This document shows positions 18,154-30,200 of a stretch of DNA of 64,000 bases, piece by piece (the first letter of the stretch is position 1; every line of letters begins with the position of its first letter). The position numbers and the translations under genes were made by a program. Source of the DNA: an uncultured Verrucomicrobiota bacterium (GTDB taxonomy: Bacteria > Verrucomicrobiota > Verrucomicrobiia > Limisphaerales > UBA9464); NCBI GenBank assembly GCA_903910585.1, contig CAIWAH010000379.1, positions 3,161-67,160 of the forward strand, given 5' to 3'. A model generated the notes under the pieces. The model had not been told where the DNA came from. It made no database searches and saw only the letters and a program-made list of their open reading frames with translations.

Positions 18154-19374
18154 CTACTTCTCGGAGGCGATGACGGCCCGACGGATGCGTTGGCCATCCT
18201 TCAGGCGGTCGCCGGGATAGAGCACCACCTCGTCGCCTTCCTTCAGGCCGGACAGAATCTGCGTTTCAGGTCCGCTGGTGCGGCCGACCTCCACGGGGCG
18301 GATCTGCACCGATTCGCCCGCGCACACAAAGGCGGCCCAGGCCCCGTTGCGGCGGAACAGGGCCCCGGAAGGAACCTTCAGTGCCCGGGCGTCCTCCCAG
18401 AGGAGGATGCGGCCTTCAACGCGAAAATTGTCGCCCAGGCTTTTCCGTTCCGCCGCCGGCGTGACGAGGTCCACGACCACGTTGACGCGCTGTTCCTCGA
18501 CGCCGAGCGCGGAGACCTTGGTGAACGCGGCCGGCTCCACCAACCGCACCTGACCGAGCAACGGTTGTGGACCACCCCACTGTTCAAGTTCGACCTTGGT
18601 TCCGGGAACCAGGGCGGCGCCGTCGCGCGAGAGCACTTCGATCACCGCCTCCAGGTCGGTGGGATCGCCCAGCTCGATCAGGGGCGTGCCGGCGGCGACG
18701 GTGCGGGAACTTTCCTGGAACACCCGCAGCACACGGCCCGAAATCGGGGCCCGCACCTCGACCGGCTCGGAGGCGCCACCCGTCGGGGCGTCGAATTCAC
18801 GCAGCTCGGCCTCGGCCTGTTTCAACGAACTTTCGGCGACCGCCAGTTCCTTGGCGGCGCTGGTTTCGCGCCATTGCACGCCTTCGAGTTCCTGCGGCGT
18901 GACCACTTTGCCGGAGCTGAGCTGTTCAAAGCGTTTCAGGTCATTGGCGGCGAACCGGTGGGCTTCCCGGGCCCGGGCCAGCGTGGCGCGGGCGACCTCG
19001 CGGCGGGCTTCCGCCAGGGCGCGGGCGCGGGGATCGAGCAGCGTGGGGCGCACCGGTTCGATCACGGCCAGGACGGTTTCGCGGGCGACCACGTCGGCGC
19101 CGACCTTCCACGGAATCCGCCGGAGCTCTCCCGCCACCGGCGCGGCGACGACGAAGCGCTGGCGGATACGGGTTTTGCCCTCCTCATTGAGGGTGACCCG
19201 CAGCAGGCCGGTGGTGACGCGGGCGGTTTCGACGGTCGCTGGCTTGGGCCACAGGCCGGCGCCGATCAGCAGGATTAGCAACAGGGCGCCGAACCAGGGC
19301 AGGAAGCGGCGCGCGCCGGGTCCTTTCTTCGGCGGGCGGGCGGGAGCAGGAGCGGGAGCGGCTGGAGCGTTCAT
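18154..19374 (-). CDS. Efflux periplasmic adaptor subunit (HlyD/MacA-like)
   Basis: N-terminal TM, APVAG/APISG lipoyl-like motifs, coiled coil and FTKVSALGVEEQRV. Confidence 0.9.
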   Translation of the reverse strand: MNAPAAPAPAPARPPKKGPGARRFLPWFGALLLILLIGAGLWPKPATVETARVTTGLLRVTLNEEGKTRIRQRFVVAAPVAGELRRIPWKVGADVVARETVLAVIEPVRPTLLDPRARALAEARREVARATLARAREAHRFAANDLKRFEQLSSGKVVTPQELEGVQWRETSAAKELAVAESSLKQAEAELREFDAPTGGASEPVEVRAPISGRVLRVFQESSRTVAAGTPLIELGDPTDLEAVIEVLSRDGAALVPGTKVELEQWGGPQPLLGQVRLVEPAAFTKVSALGVEEQRVNVVVDLVTPAAERKSLGDNFRVEGRILLWEDARALKVPSGALFRRNGAWAAFVCAGESVQIRPVEVGRTSGPETQILSGLKEGDEVVLYPGDRLKDGQRIRRAVIASEK

Positions 19375-19430
19375 GGAAAGGGGTTCAGGCAAGTCCGGTT
19401 CTCGCGTCAGTAAGTGGCCGGGCAGTTACG

Positions 19431-19747
19431 GCAGGACAGGCTGCCAGCCTGTCCGCTGCGCCGAGAGGCGCGAAATGAACGAAGCAAAAAGCTCACGCGG
19501 CGCGATGCCGGGCGACGGCCGGTTGATGGTCGGTTGGCGGACGGCTTAGTTGGAAGCGAGCCTGCCCTCACTGCTTCCCTACCCATGAACCTAGGGGCGT
19601 CCGCCCACCCCTCACCCGCCCTTCGGGCACCCTCTCCCCTCCTCCGAGGAGGGGAGAGGGAAGGGGTGAGGGGTGCGTCCCCTTCAGGTTCAGGGGCGCA
19701 AATCGCTAGCCTGAACGACTCGTGGAATCTCTCCCCCGGGGAGAGGG
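19431..19747. repeat. Composite intergenic repeat mosaic: family-3 REP variant plus a family-4 REP interrupted by a 150-bp element
   Basis: GCAGGACAGGCTGCCAGCCTGTCC at 19431-19454; REP halves at 19565-19580 and 19731-19747 separated by 19581-19730. Confidence 0.8.
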
Positions 19748-19936
19748 GGAATGGGAAGACAGCGCTACGCACAGACAACCTGCCTGAACACGGGCCGCGA
19801 TGGGGCCGAGTGAAACTAAGAGCCGCCGAGATTTCCGCCAGCCCTGTGAACGTTGAGAGCCGTGGCCCACGTTCAACTCCGCAGGTTGCGGGGCAGCCTG
19901 CCCACGGTTGCGATCGGCGCGGTTGGATCCTGGCTT

Positions 19937-22302
19937 TCATTCCGGCGCGCGCAGGGCGCTGACGAGGTTCAGTTGGTTGAGCCGGCGCAGCACGAGGAAG
20001 CCGGAAATCGTCGAGGCGATGGCCACGACCAAGACGGCGAAGGCGTAGTTGTGGGCCGTGAGCACGAGCGGCAGGCGCACGGTCTCGGTGTTCACCTGCG
20101 TGACAATGGCGGTGGCGAAGCCCGTGCCAAGCAGCAGGCCGCACGGCACCGCGAGCAGCGCGAGGATGACGAGTTCGGTGACCAGCACCGCGGCGACTTC
20201 GCGCTGGGAAAAGCCGATCACCCGCAGCGTGGCCAGTTCGCGGGAGCGTTCCGCCAGCGAGATGCGGGCATTGTTATACACGACTCCGAACGCCACCACG
20301 GTGGCAAACGTCAGGTAGATCGTCTGGATCAGGTTGATGCTCGCGGCGGTGGTCTGCTCGAAGTTCTGCCGGAGCGATTCCTTGATGGCGACCCAGCCGA
20401 CGCGCGGCACGGTCTTCAGTGCCCGGAGAAAGTCCGTTCGCCGGTCCGGATCCACCGTGAAGCTGGCGCCGCTGACGAGGTCGCCTTCGCCCAGCAGGCG
20501 GTTGAGCGCGGTGAGGGAAAGGTAGGCGTTGAGGCCGGCCATGTCGTCGGCCACGCCGACCAGCGGCACGTCCGCGCTCAGCCGGCGGCCTTCGAGGACC
20601 TCAATACGAAGGCGGTCGCCGATCCGGGCCCCGAGCACCTCGGCGAGCTTCTGGGACAGCACCACGCCATGTTCGGGCGGGGCAATCTCCCGGGTGCCTG
20701 GCGCGATGATCCGCGTGTGGTCGCCGGTGCGAGTGAGACCCTGCAGGGCGATCTGGCGCGAGCGGTGGCCGAAACGCAGGCGCGCGACGGCATTGCGAAA
20801 CGGTTCGACAGTCTGCACGCCGGGCAGATGCGCGAAGGCGTCGCGGGCCCGGCGGTCCTGCGGCTCGATGAGGCCCACGCTGATGTCCTGCCGCTGGGTG
20901 ACATCCCACTGGAATCCCAGCACCACGGCGACGCTGTCACGAAAACAGTTCGGCACGATCATGATGCCCGTGGCGAGCGCCAGGCCGGCGACGGTGAACA
21001 GCGCCTGCATGGGCCGGCGTTCGAGGTTGCGCACGGCGATGCGGAACGAGTGCGACAGGAAGCGGGCGATGCCGGTGCGTTCCAGCACGGCCGGCCGGTA
21101 GCGCGCCGGCGGTTCCGGCCGCATGGCCTCCGCCGGCGGCAACTGGGCCGCCCGGCGCACCGCGCTGAACACGCCCGCGACGGCGGCAAACGCGCTGACC
21201 GCGAGCGCGAGCACGAACGCGCTCCGGTCCGGGATGAAGTGCAGGTCCGGGAACCGGAACCACATCCGATACATCACGACGAGCTGCCGGCCGAGCAGGT
21301 TGCCGCCGACGGCCCCGAAGACCGTGCCGGCGGCGACCATGACGAGGGCGAACTTGAGGTAATGGGCGACGATCTGCCGGTTGCCGAAGCCGAACGCCTT
21401 CAGGATCGCGATCTGTTCGCGCTGCAGGTTCAGCAGGCGGGCGAGCACCGCGTTCACCATGAACGCCGCCACGCTCAGGAATACAACCGGGAACGCGACC
21501 GACAGCGTCCGGAGCACGCCGATCTCGTCGCGCACGCGGATGTGCGACGGGTGATCCGCCCGGCCGTGGGCACCGCGTCCGCCGTAGGGTTCGAGCAGGC
21601 TGTCCAAAGCGGCGATCACCGCCCGTTCGCTGGCATCTGCCGCCAGTGTGAGCGCGAGCGAATTGAAGGCGCCGTAAAGGTCGAAGGCATGGGCGAGCTC
21701 CTCGTAGGGCAGCCAGAAGATCCCGTAGCTGCGGTTGTCCGGCAGGGCGGCCCCGGGGCGCGACTCAAAGATGAATTCCGGGGAAAGCACGATGCCCGCG
21801 ATGCGAAAAGTCTGCCGGCGGCCGTTGAGCAGCAGGGCAATGCTGTCGCCGGGTTCGAGGCGGTTGGCCTCCGCGAACGCCTCGCTCACCAGCACCTCGC
21901 GCTTGCCGCCCGGGCGGAACCACTGGCCGCGGCGCAGGAAGAGGCGGTTCAGCTCCGGCTCGCCATCCTCCGGCAGCGAACGGACGTTGCCCGAGGCCGG
22001 CTCGTCGAGGCCCGGGATGTCCAGCGTGACCTGCACCGACAGGCCGCCCTGCACCAGCGCCACTCCGGGAATGGCCCGCACGCGGTCCAGCAGTCCGAGC
22101 GGCGCCCGCTTGAGCTGGGCGAAGACCTCGGCGAAGCGGTGCGCGCGGTAGTAGGCGTCGCTCGTGGACTCCAGCGAGTAGATCAGGCTCCGCGCCATGA
22201 TGAGCATCGCCAGCCCGCAGGCCATCACGAGCGCGACCGCCAGCGCCTGCCCCTTCATCCGGGACAGGTCGCGCCAGAGTTTGCGGTCGAGCTGGGCGAG
22301 CA

Positions 22303-22306
<4 letters not shown>
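19937..22306 (-). CDS. ABC transporter permease (MacB/FtsX-like, two repeats)
   Basis: KLWRDL start, [11 protein letters not shown] and [14 protein letters not shown] motifs. Confidence 0.9.
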
Positions 22307-23046
<740 letters not shown>

Positions 23047-23169
23047 GCGGCGGTAGAGACCGGGCCGACCATCGTTGACGGAATCCTCCCCGTCGAGCGG
23101 CGGCCGGCGGACCGGATGCATCCGCAAAATCCTTGGCCGAACCGGTGGCTTTGGTTCAGGAATCCCCCC

Positions 23170-23904
23170 GTGCTCGTCGAATTCCAGTCGGTGACCAAAC
23201 GCTACGGATCGGTCCGGGCGCTGGATCGCGTTTCCCTGGCCCTGCAACCGGGGCAACTGGTGGCGGTGCTCGGTGCCAACGGTGCCGGCAAGACCACGTT
23301 CCTCCGGCTGCTCGCCGGCATCGCCGCGCCGGACTCCGGGGAAATCAGCTTCGATCATGAGCCGATGCGGCGCGAGGACCTGGCCCAGCGGCAGCGTTAT
23401 TTTTTCCTGCCCGATTTCCCGGCGCTGTTTCTCGACGATTCGGTGCTCCGCAACGTGGGCCTGATCCTCCGGCTCTACGGTGCCGACCGGCCGGGTGTGG
23501 AGGCCCGGGTGGTGGAACTCCTGCGCGACTTTGACCTGCTGACCTTGGCGGAGGCGCCGGTCGGAACGCTGTCGCGGGGGCAGATCTACAAGGCCGCCCT
23601 GACCGCGCTCATCGCGGCGGATCCAGAGCTGTGGCTGCTGGATGAACCGCTCGCGTCGGGCATGGATCCGCACGGCCTCAGCGCCTTTCGGCGTCACACG
23701 CGCGATGCCGTCAGCCGCGGGCGGACGGTGATCTACACGACCCAGGTGCTCGATGTCGTGGAACGGTTCAGTGACCGCGTCTGCCTGCTGCACGAGGGCG
23801 AGGTGCGGGCCTTTGCCACGCTGGCCGAGCTCCGCCAGCAGTCGGGCGGCGCCGACGACATCCTCGAACGTCTCTTCGCGCAGTTGCGGGAGGAGCCGCG
23901 ATGA
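23170..23904 (+). CDS. ABC transporter ATP-binding protein
   Basis: [14 protein letters not shown] and LLDEP motifs; GTG start at 23170. Confidence 0.9.
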   Translation: MLVEFQSVTKRYGSVRALDRVSLALQPGQLVAVLGANGAGKTTFLRLLAGIAAPDSGEISFDHEPMRREDLAQRQRYFFLPDFPALFLDDSVLRNVGLILRLYGADRPGVEARVVELLRDFDLLTLAEAPVGTLSRGQIYKAALTALIAADPELWLLDEPLASGMDPHGLSAFRRHTRDAVSRGRTVIYTTQVLDVVERFSDRVCLLHEGEVRAFATLAELRQQSGGADDILERLFAQLREEPR

Positions 23905-25583
23905 ACGCTGCGGACCGGGAGTTTTGCCGGCGTCTGGAGGCGGCGGCCCGGGCGGCGGGGGCCGGCCGGCGTGCCGGTGTGTGGCCGCGGCTGCGTCGGG
24001 CCATTCGCTCCGTGGGCGTGACGATGATGGCAGCACTGTTCGTCACGGCGGGAGTCGCCCTGGGAGATGTTCTGTCCGGCGGTGGCAAACGGTTCACGCT
24101 GTCGCTGCTTGCCCTGGTGCTTTGCTTCGATGTCCACCAACGGCTGGCGAAGCTCCTTTACCAGAGTCCGGATCTGCTCGCGATGTCCCTGCTGCCGGTG
24201 TCGCGGGAATGGGCGTTCCGCCGCCATCTGCGCCGCGGGTTGCTGGAGTTGCTGTTTCTCCCCCCGCTGGGAATGGCTCTTGCACTGGTGGCGCGACTGG
24301 GGGTCCGGCCGACGGAGATTTCGCCGCTGGGCGCCGCCGTAGCCGGGGTTTTCATGGGCGTGTTTTTCGCCGGGTTGGGAATTCTGGCCCTGCGTTGGCG
24401 CCATGCGGCCACCGTGCGTAGTGGCCTGTGGACAGGGTTGGTGGTGGTCTGGTTGGGCAACTTTGTGGCGCCCGTCGGCCTGAAACGGGCGCTGCTGGAG
24501 TTTCTCAACCAGTATGGTGACGCGGCGGCGGGACTGTTGCCGACGGGCTGGGTGATCGGACCGCTCCATCGCTGGCTGGGGGGCGAGTCGCACGCGAGCG
24601 ACGCCCTGTGGCTGCTCCCGGCCGGAGCAGTGCTCACGTTGATTCCCGCCGTGCTGCTGTGGGCGCGCACCCACTACCGGTTTCGTGACGCCGTGCTGCT
24701 GGACTACGCGGCCGAGCCACCGGCCGATTGCGATGCGGAAGACCGCGAGGCGATCGCCGAACAGCACACCCGGCCCAGTCACACCGGCCTGACCGAAGTC
24801 ACCGAACGGATCCTCAGCCGCGAATTCCTGCTGCCCGCCTCCGGTCCAGACCGGGGCTGGATCGAGCGCCTGGTGTGGCGGTGGTGGACGCCGCGGGAAC
24901 GTCTGCTGGCCGAATGGGACTGGGCCAGTTCGCCACCATGGACCTGGTCGTGGAGGACCGGGGCGATGCTGCTCGCGGGCGGTCTCATCCTGACGCTGGT
25001 GGGCCGGGTGCTGGGCTGGCTTTGGCTGGAGGCCGCGCTGCCCGCGGGCGGGATTCTCGGCGGACTCGCGTGCCTGCCGGTGTTCACCGGATTCGCCGGT
25101 GGCCGGTTGGCCATTCCGCCGGTGGGCTCACTCGAAGTGTCCCCGCTGATGCCTTATCCGCGGACCAGCGGCGAACTGCTGTGGCTGCTGCTCAAGGTCA
25201 GCGTGGTCCGGGCGCTGGCGGCACTGCCGCTGGCCCTGATCTTCGGCGCGCTCGCCGGCCACCTCCGCGAAGTCACCTGGCTGGCGGGGGCGGATCTGGG
25301 TTTGCGGGCGTGCTTCGCGAGCTGCGTCGTGGCTCCCCTGATGTTCACCGCGCGGATCGCCACCGGTTCCAACGACACCCAGCGCTTCCGCCTCGGAACG
25401 TTTCTGGTGGTCGGCGGCCACCTTGTCGGCTTCCTCGGGGCTGGCGGGCTGCTGGTGGCGGGCTTTGCGGCGCCGGGTGGCTGGTGGTTCCTCCTCGGCG
25501 CGGCTGCCGTGAGCGCATTCTGGTCCGCCGCCTACCGGGTTGCGGTGAGCCGCTACTGGTTCGACCTGATGAAGCGGAATTGA
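23901..25583 (+). CDS. Polytopic membrane protein, probable ABC permease partner
   Basis: Many hydrophobic segments; ATGA overlap with the upstream ATPase gene. Confidence 0.65.
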   Translation: MNAADREFCRRLEAAARAAGAGRRAGVWPRLRRAIRSVGVTMMAALFVTAGVALGDVLSGGGKRFTLSLLALVLCFDVHQRLAKLLYQSPDLLAMSLLPVSREWAFRRHLRRGLLELLFLPPLGMALALVARLGVRPTEISPLGAAVAGVFMGVFFAGLGILALRWRHAATVRSGLWTGLVVVWLGNFVAPVGLKRALLEFLNQYGDAAAGLLPTGWVIGPLHRWLGGESHASDALWLLPAGAVLTLIPAVLLWARTHYRFRDAVLLDYAAEPPADCDAEDREAIAEQHTRPSHTGLTEVTERILSREFLLPASGPDRGWIERLVWRWWTPRERLLAEWDWASSPPWTWSWRTGAMLLAGGLILTLVGRVLGWLWLEAALPAGGILGGLACLPVFTGFAGGRLAIPPVGSLEVSPLMPYPRTSGELLWLLLKVSVVRALAALPLALIFGALAGHLREVTWLAGADLGLRACFASCVVAPLMFTARIATGSNDTQRFRLGTFLVVGGHLVGFLGAGGLLVAGFAAPGGWWFLLGAAAVSAFWSAAYRVAVSRYWFDLMKRN

Positions 25584-25619
25584 CCCGGCCGGTCGCAGGG
25601 CGAGGCCGCGGTTTCGGAA

Positions 25620-26372
25620 TCACTCGATAGTGATGCCGACCGGGCAATGGTCCGAACCAAGCACCTGGGGCTGGATGAACGCCGACTTCAGCCGGGGCCG
25701 GAGCGCCTGGCTCAGGAGGAAGTAGTCAATCCGCCAGCCCACGTTCCGGCCGCGGGCGCCGCCCATCGGGCTCCACCAGGTGTAATGGCCGCCGCCGCGT
25801 TCGAACTCGCGGAAGGTGTCCACGAAACCGGCCTGCACGAAGGCCGAGAAGCCGGCGCGTTCCTCGGAGGTGAAGCCGTGGTTCTTCACGTTCGACTTCG
25901 GGTTCGCGAGATCGATCTCCGTGTGGGCGACATTCAGGTCGCCGCACCAGATCACGGGCTTCTTCTTTTCCAGCTTCTTCAGGTAGCGGAGGAAATCCGC
26001 GTCCCACTGCTGGCGGTAGGCGAGCCGGGTGAGTTCGCGCTGCGAGTTCGGCACATAGACGTTCACCAGGTGGAAGTCGGCGAACTCCGCCGTGAGCACG
26101 CGGCCTTCTCGGTCGTGGTCCGCGAGGCCGATGCCCTGGGTTACCTTGAGGGGCCTGGTGCGGGTGAAGATCGCGGTGCCGCTGTAGCCCTTCTTCTCCG
26201 CGCTGTTCCAGAAGGTCGAGTAGTTGGTGGGCCAAAGCTGTTCCACGTCATCCGGGGTGCACTTGGTCTCCTGCAGGCAGAGGATGTCCGGTGCCTCCGC
26301 ATCGAGGAACTCGAGGAAGTTCTTCTTCAGCACCGCGCGCAGGCCGTTGACGTTCCAGGAAAGCAGCTTCAC
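25620..26372 (-). CDS. xth: Exodeoxyribonuclease III
   Basis: SWNVNGLR, LQETK, GDLNVAH, GWRIDY and SDHCP motifs. Confidence 0.96.
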   Translation of the reverse strand: MKLLSWNVNGLRAVLKKNFLEFLDAEAPDILCLQETKCTPDDVEQLWPTNYSTFWNSAEKKGYSGTAIFTRTRPLKVTQGIGLADHDREGRVLTAEFADFHLVNVYVPNSQRELTRLAYRQQWDADFLRYLKKLEKKKPVIWCGDLNVAHTEIDLANPKSNVKNHGFTSEERAGFSAFVQAGFVDTFREFERGGGHYTWWSPMGGARGRNVGWRIDYFLLSQALRPRLKSAFIQPQVLGSDHCPVGITIE

Positions 26373-26616
26373 GCGGTGAGCATGGGCGGGAGCACAGGAT
26401 GGAATCAACCTGCTCGCGGCCTTGTTTCGTGGTCGAGCAGGCGGAACCGGAACTTTGGGCTTGAGACATGCCTGGCGCCATTCTGCAAAGTGAAGGTGTC
26501 CATCGGCGGTGCGATTCGAGTAACACCCAAGAGCGTCGACATCCTGGTCATGTTTTCCGGCTTCCATTTTCGGATCGTCAGGGTTGGCTCCATGACCAGA
26601 GACAACCTTCAATACC

Positions 26617-27231
26617 ATGAAGACAGTAATTGCAGTTGTTGTGCTGCTGACGACCTTGTTGACGGCCCGAGCGGGCGACTCGGTGGTTACTTTTCGGAAC
26701 GATGTGTTTCGTCTGCCGGACGGCAGTTTGGACCCGGCCAGGTTGGTGACGTTTGACGCATCTTTTGGCGCGCTTGCTGGTCAGGGCGTCCGCAACGGTG
26801 TCGTCCAAGAAGGGGAACGCAGCTATGTGGCCCAGTTGTTCAAGGTCGAAGGCGGCAATGGGATTCCGGTAGGCACTCCGGTTCCGTTTGGCGGGCCAAA
26901 CACAACTGACGCGGGAACCTGGAAGGGCGGCAATCTAACATTGGCAGGAGTGGAGCCGGGTTCGCGTGTGGAACTGATGGTTAAGGTCTGGGATGATCGT
27001 TTCTCAACATTCGAGGCGGCCGCTGCTTCCCCACTGCGTTGGCCATCAACGCCAGGTTTTGGAAGTTCGGCCGTTTTTAGTTACACCCAACCCAAGTTTC
27101 CCCTCCTGCCCTCGGATACCTTCATGACGGGCTTCAGTTGGTTTTCCATCACCATCCCGGTTCCGGAGCCACGCATACTAATGCTTCTATCGGTCGGATT
27201 GGCAGGACTCCTCTGCATCCGTCGTCGGTGA
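26617..27231 (+). CDS. PEP-CTERM sorting domain protein
   Basis: Signal peptide; C-terminal VPEP, TM segment and RRR. Confidence 0.9.
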   Translation: MKTVIAVVVLLTTLLTARAGDSVVTFRNDVFRLPDGSLDPARLVTFDASFGALAGQGVRNGVVQEGERSYVAQLFKVEGGNGIPVGTPVPFGGPNTTDAGTWKGGNLTLAGVEPGSRVELMVKVWDDRFSTFEAAAASPLRWPSTPGFGSSAVFSYTQPKFPLLPSDTFMTGFSWFSITIPVPEPRILMLLSVGLAGLLCIRRR

Positions 27232-27271
27232 CTGGGAGCGGATTGTCTGTCATTGATTCAATGGGGCCGCG

Positions 27272-30200
27272 TTATGTCGCCGCCCGCAGCCGCTCCAGCA
27301 GTTCGTCGAGCCGCTTGGGCGAGGCCGGCTTGGCGGTGCCGAGTTCCTGGGCGAACACCGACACCTTGTATTCCTCGACCAGCCAGCGGAACTCATCCGC
27401 GAGCTGCTGTCCTTCCGGCGTGGTGGGCGGCGTGGCCCGCAGGCGCTTCACCTCGGCGACGTAGGGTGCGACGAGTTTGACCCGTTCGGCCTCCTTGGGA
27501 GGATTGTTGGCCGCCCGCTCGATCCGCAGCATGAGCGCCTTGAGATAACGCGGCAGGTGCGGCAGTTGGGCGAACGGCACCTCCGCCAGAAACCGGCGCG
27601 GAACCAGCGCATCCACTTCCGCGGCGAATCCGGTTCCGGACGAGGCGGCGGGCTTGACCGCGGCGGCAGCGGGGCCAAGCAGCGCTCCAAGACTGTTGAG
27701 CTGGTTCAGTGACTTGAGCGGGGCGGCCGCTTTGGCGGCCGGTGCGGTGGCACCGACACCGGCGCGCTGGGCGGCCTGCTGGCGGAACTGGAGCACCTGC
27801 CCGACGCGGTCGATCAACTGGGCGGCGAGGCCCGGCAACTGGCGTTTGGCCGCGGCCACCGCCTCGTCGAAATTGGCGGTCGTCAGGCGGGACGGGAGTT
27901 CGGCTGGCAGGACCTGCCGCTTCAGGTTGAGCAGGGCGGTTTCCTGCAACTCGGCGCCACCGCCGATGGCGGCCGCGAGCGCCTCGAAGCGGACGAGGGC
28001 GCGCAGGTCGCGTTCGAGCCACGCGAAGTCCTTCTGCAGGGCAAGCTCCACCAGCCGTTGCCACGCCGGCAGACTCGCGCGTCGGGCGGCAACGCTGGAC
28101 GGGAACAGCCGCACGCCGACACCGGCCGCATCAAGCTGGAGTCCGGGGAAACCGAAAACCGGCAGGCCGTGCTGGTCGCCGGCGGGGATTTTTTCCGGCA
28201 GATCGCCGCACGAGAAGGTCGTGAGCCCGTCGCGTTGCCACTGGCGGGCGGCCTGTTTCCACGCGGCCGATTCGGTGGGCGGCGTGACCTTCACCTGGGC
28301 GAGGTGCTGCTTGAGCGCGCCGAAATCGCGGCCGGCAGCCACGGGTTTCGGGCCGTTGCCGATCAGCTCGATGCGCGGGCGCAGGTGGGCCGGCACGCCG
28401 TCGGTCCGCCACGCGTCGGACGGCACGGTGACCTGATACCGTTCGCGCAGGAACCGGCCCAACGAGTCATGGAACGACCCGCCGGCGGGACGGAAGTCGC
28501 GGACGATCTCCTGCACCTTGGGTTCGATGGGCAGCAGCTCGCGCCGGACGGCTTTGGGCAGCGAGCGCAGCAGTTCGTCCATCATCGCGGCCCGCAGCCC
28601 GGGCACGGACCATTCCAGCAGGGCCGGTGAAACGGCATCGGCCAGCGTGACCGGCAGCCGGATGGTGACGCCGTCGTGCTCCTCGCCGGGGGCATAGGCG
28701 TAGGCGAGCGGCACGGCCTGACCGCCGAACTCCAGCGCGTCGGGAAACGAGCGCGTGTCGAGCGCGAGGTCGCGGCCACCGCTGAGGTCGTCCTCGGTAG
28801 CGCACAGGGAAGCGGCCCGGCCCGGTTCACGCAGCCATCGAAGCAGTTCGTCACGCGACGAAATGTGCCGGAGCTTGCCGGCGTAGAATTTGAAGAGCGC
28901 GTCATCGAGATCGCCGAGGTCGTGGCGGCGCAGCCGGGTCTGCCAGCTTTCGACCTTCTCGCGCACGCGGCGGTTGCGGCTGAGGAAGCCGAGCCCGGAG
29001 GTTGAGGCAAGCTCAGGTGATGAATCAGAGCGACGGCGTTCGGTCACGGCCGATTGTCCTTCACCCCGATCTTCCGACCTCCGACTTCCGGCTTCCGACT
29101 TCCCACTTTCAACCTCGGTTTCGCCGCCGCGGCCACGGACCGGCGGTTCCAAATCCTCCTCCACCAGCGCCGAGCGGATGAAAATCGCGGTGGCGTCGTC
29201 GGGGTTCAGGTTTCCGTAGGCGACCTTGCGTCGGAATACCTCCAGCCCTTGGAAGCGCGTTATTTCCTCCACAAGCACGCGGCCGGCGCTCGCGCTCCAG
29301 TGCGGATGCTGGTGGCTGACCTGGCAGAGATGCGGCGCGAGCTGAACGATCCAGTGCGGATCAATCCCCGCGACCGTGCGCGCGTAGAGCTGCGAGGTTT
29401 CCACCAGTTCACCGGCCACCAGCCACTGCGGCTGATTCGACTTCGGCGCCGGCGCGGGATTCTTTTCGGGCCGGCTGTGACGTCCCTTGGTCGGCTTCTC
29501 GCCGCGTTCAAAGAGCGCGGAGCCGGGAAAGATGGTCACCTGGCGGTTGCCGCCGGCCTTGTAGAGGTTGCGCTCCTCGCGGGTGGAAACGTGTCCGAGC
29601 AGGCCGGCGAGAATGGAGCGGTGGATGGCCTGGTAAAGCTGTTCGTCCGTGCGGAGTTGTTTGTCCCTGGCCTCTCCAGGGTGGCTGGAAAGCCGCCCCT
29701 CCGAGTCTTGGAAGGCGCCGACGTTCTCCAGCGCGCCTTCGAGTTGGGCGTGGAGATCCTGCCACTCGCGCATCCGCAGGTAGGAGAGGAAGTGCTGCTT
29801 GCAGAACTTCCGGCGCGCGCCCTGCGTGCGGAGCGCTTCCCACTGGTCGTGAACCGCGCTCCACACGTTGAGCAGCGTGAGGAAGTCCGACTGCGGATGG
29901 CTGAAGCGCCGGTGCGCGACATCGGCGGCTTCGCGCTGGTCGAGCGGGCGTTCGCGCGGGTCCTGGATGCTGAGGCCGGCGGCGATGATGAGCAGTTCGC
30001 GCGTGCTCTGCTCCTGCTGCGCCTGGAGCAGCATCCGGCCCAGCGTGGGATCAATCGGCAGGCGGGCAAGGTCGCGTCCGAGGGGCGTCAGTTCGCGGGC
30101 GCCATCGAGCGCACCGAGTTCCTGGAGCAGCGCGTAACCGGCCTGGATTGCGGCCGGCGTGGGCGGCTGCACGAAGGCGAACGTCTCGATGTCGCCGAGC

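Noticed and set aside
19407-20144. ORFs of 245 aa (-) and 182 aa (+) across the intergenic gap
   Set aside because: They are translations of the repeat mosaic and have no recognisable protein motifs.
26470-26490. Sigma-54 promoter upstream of the PEP-CTERM gene (TGGCGCCATTCTGCA)
   Set aside because: The GG-to-GC spacing is 9 nt rather than the required 10.
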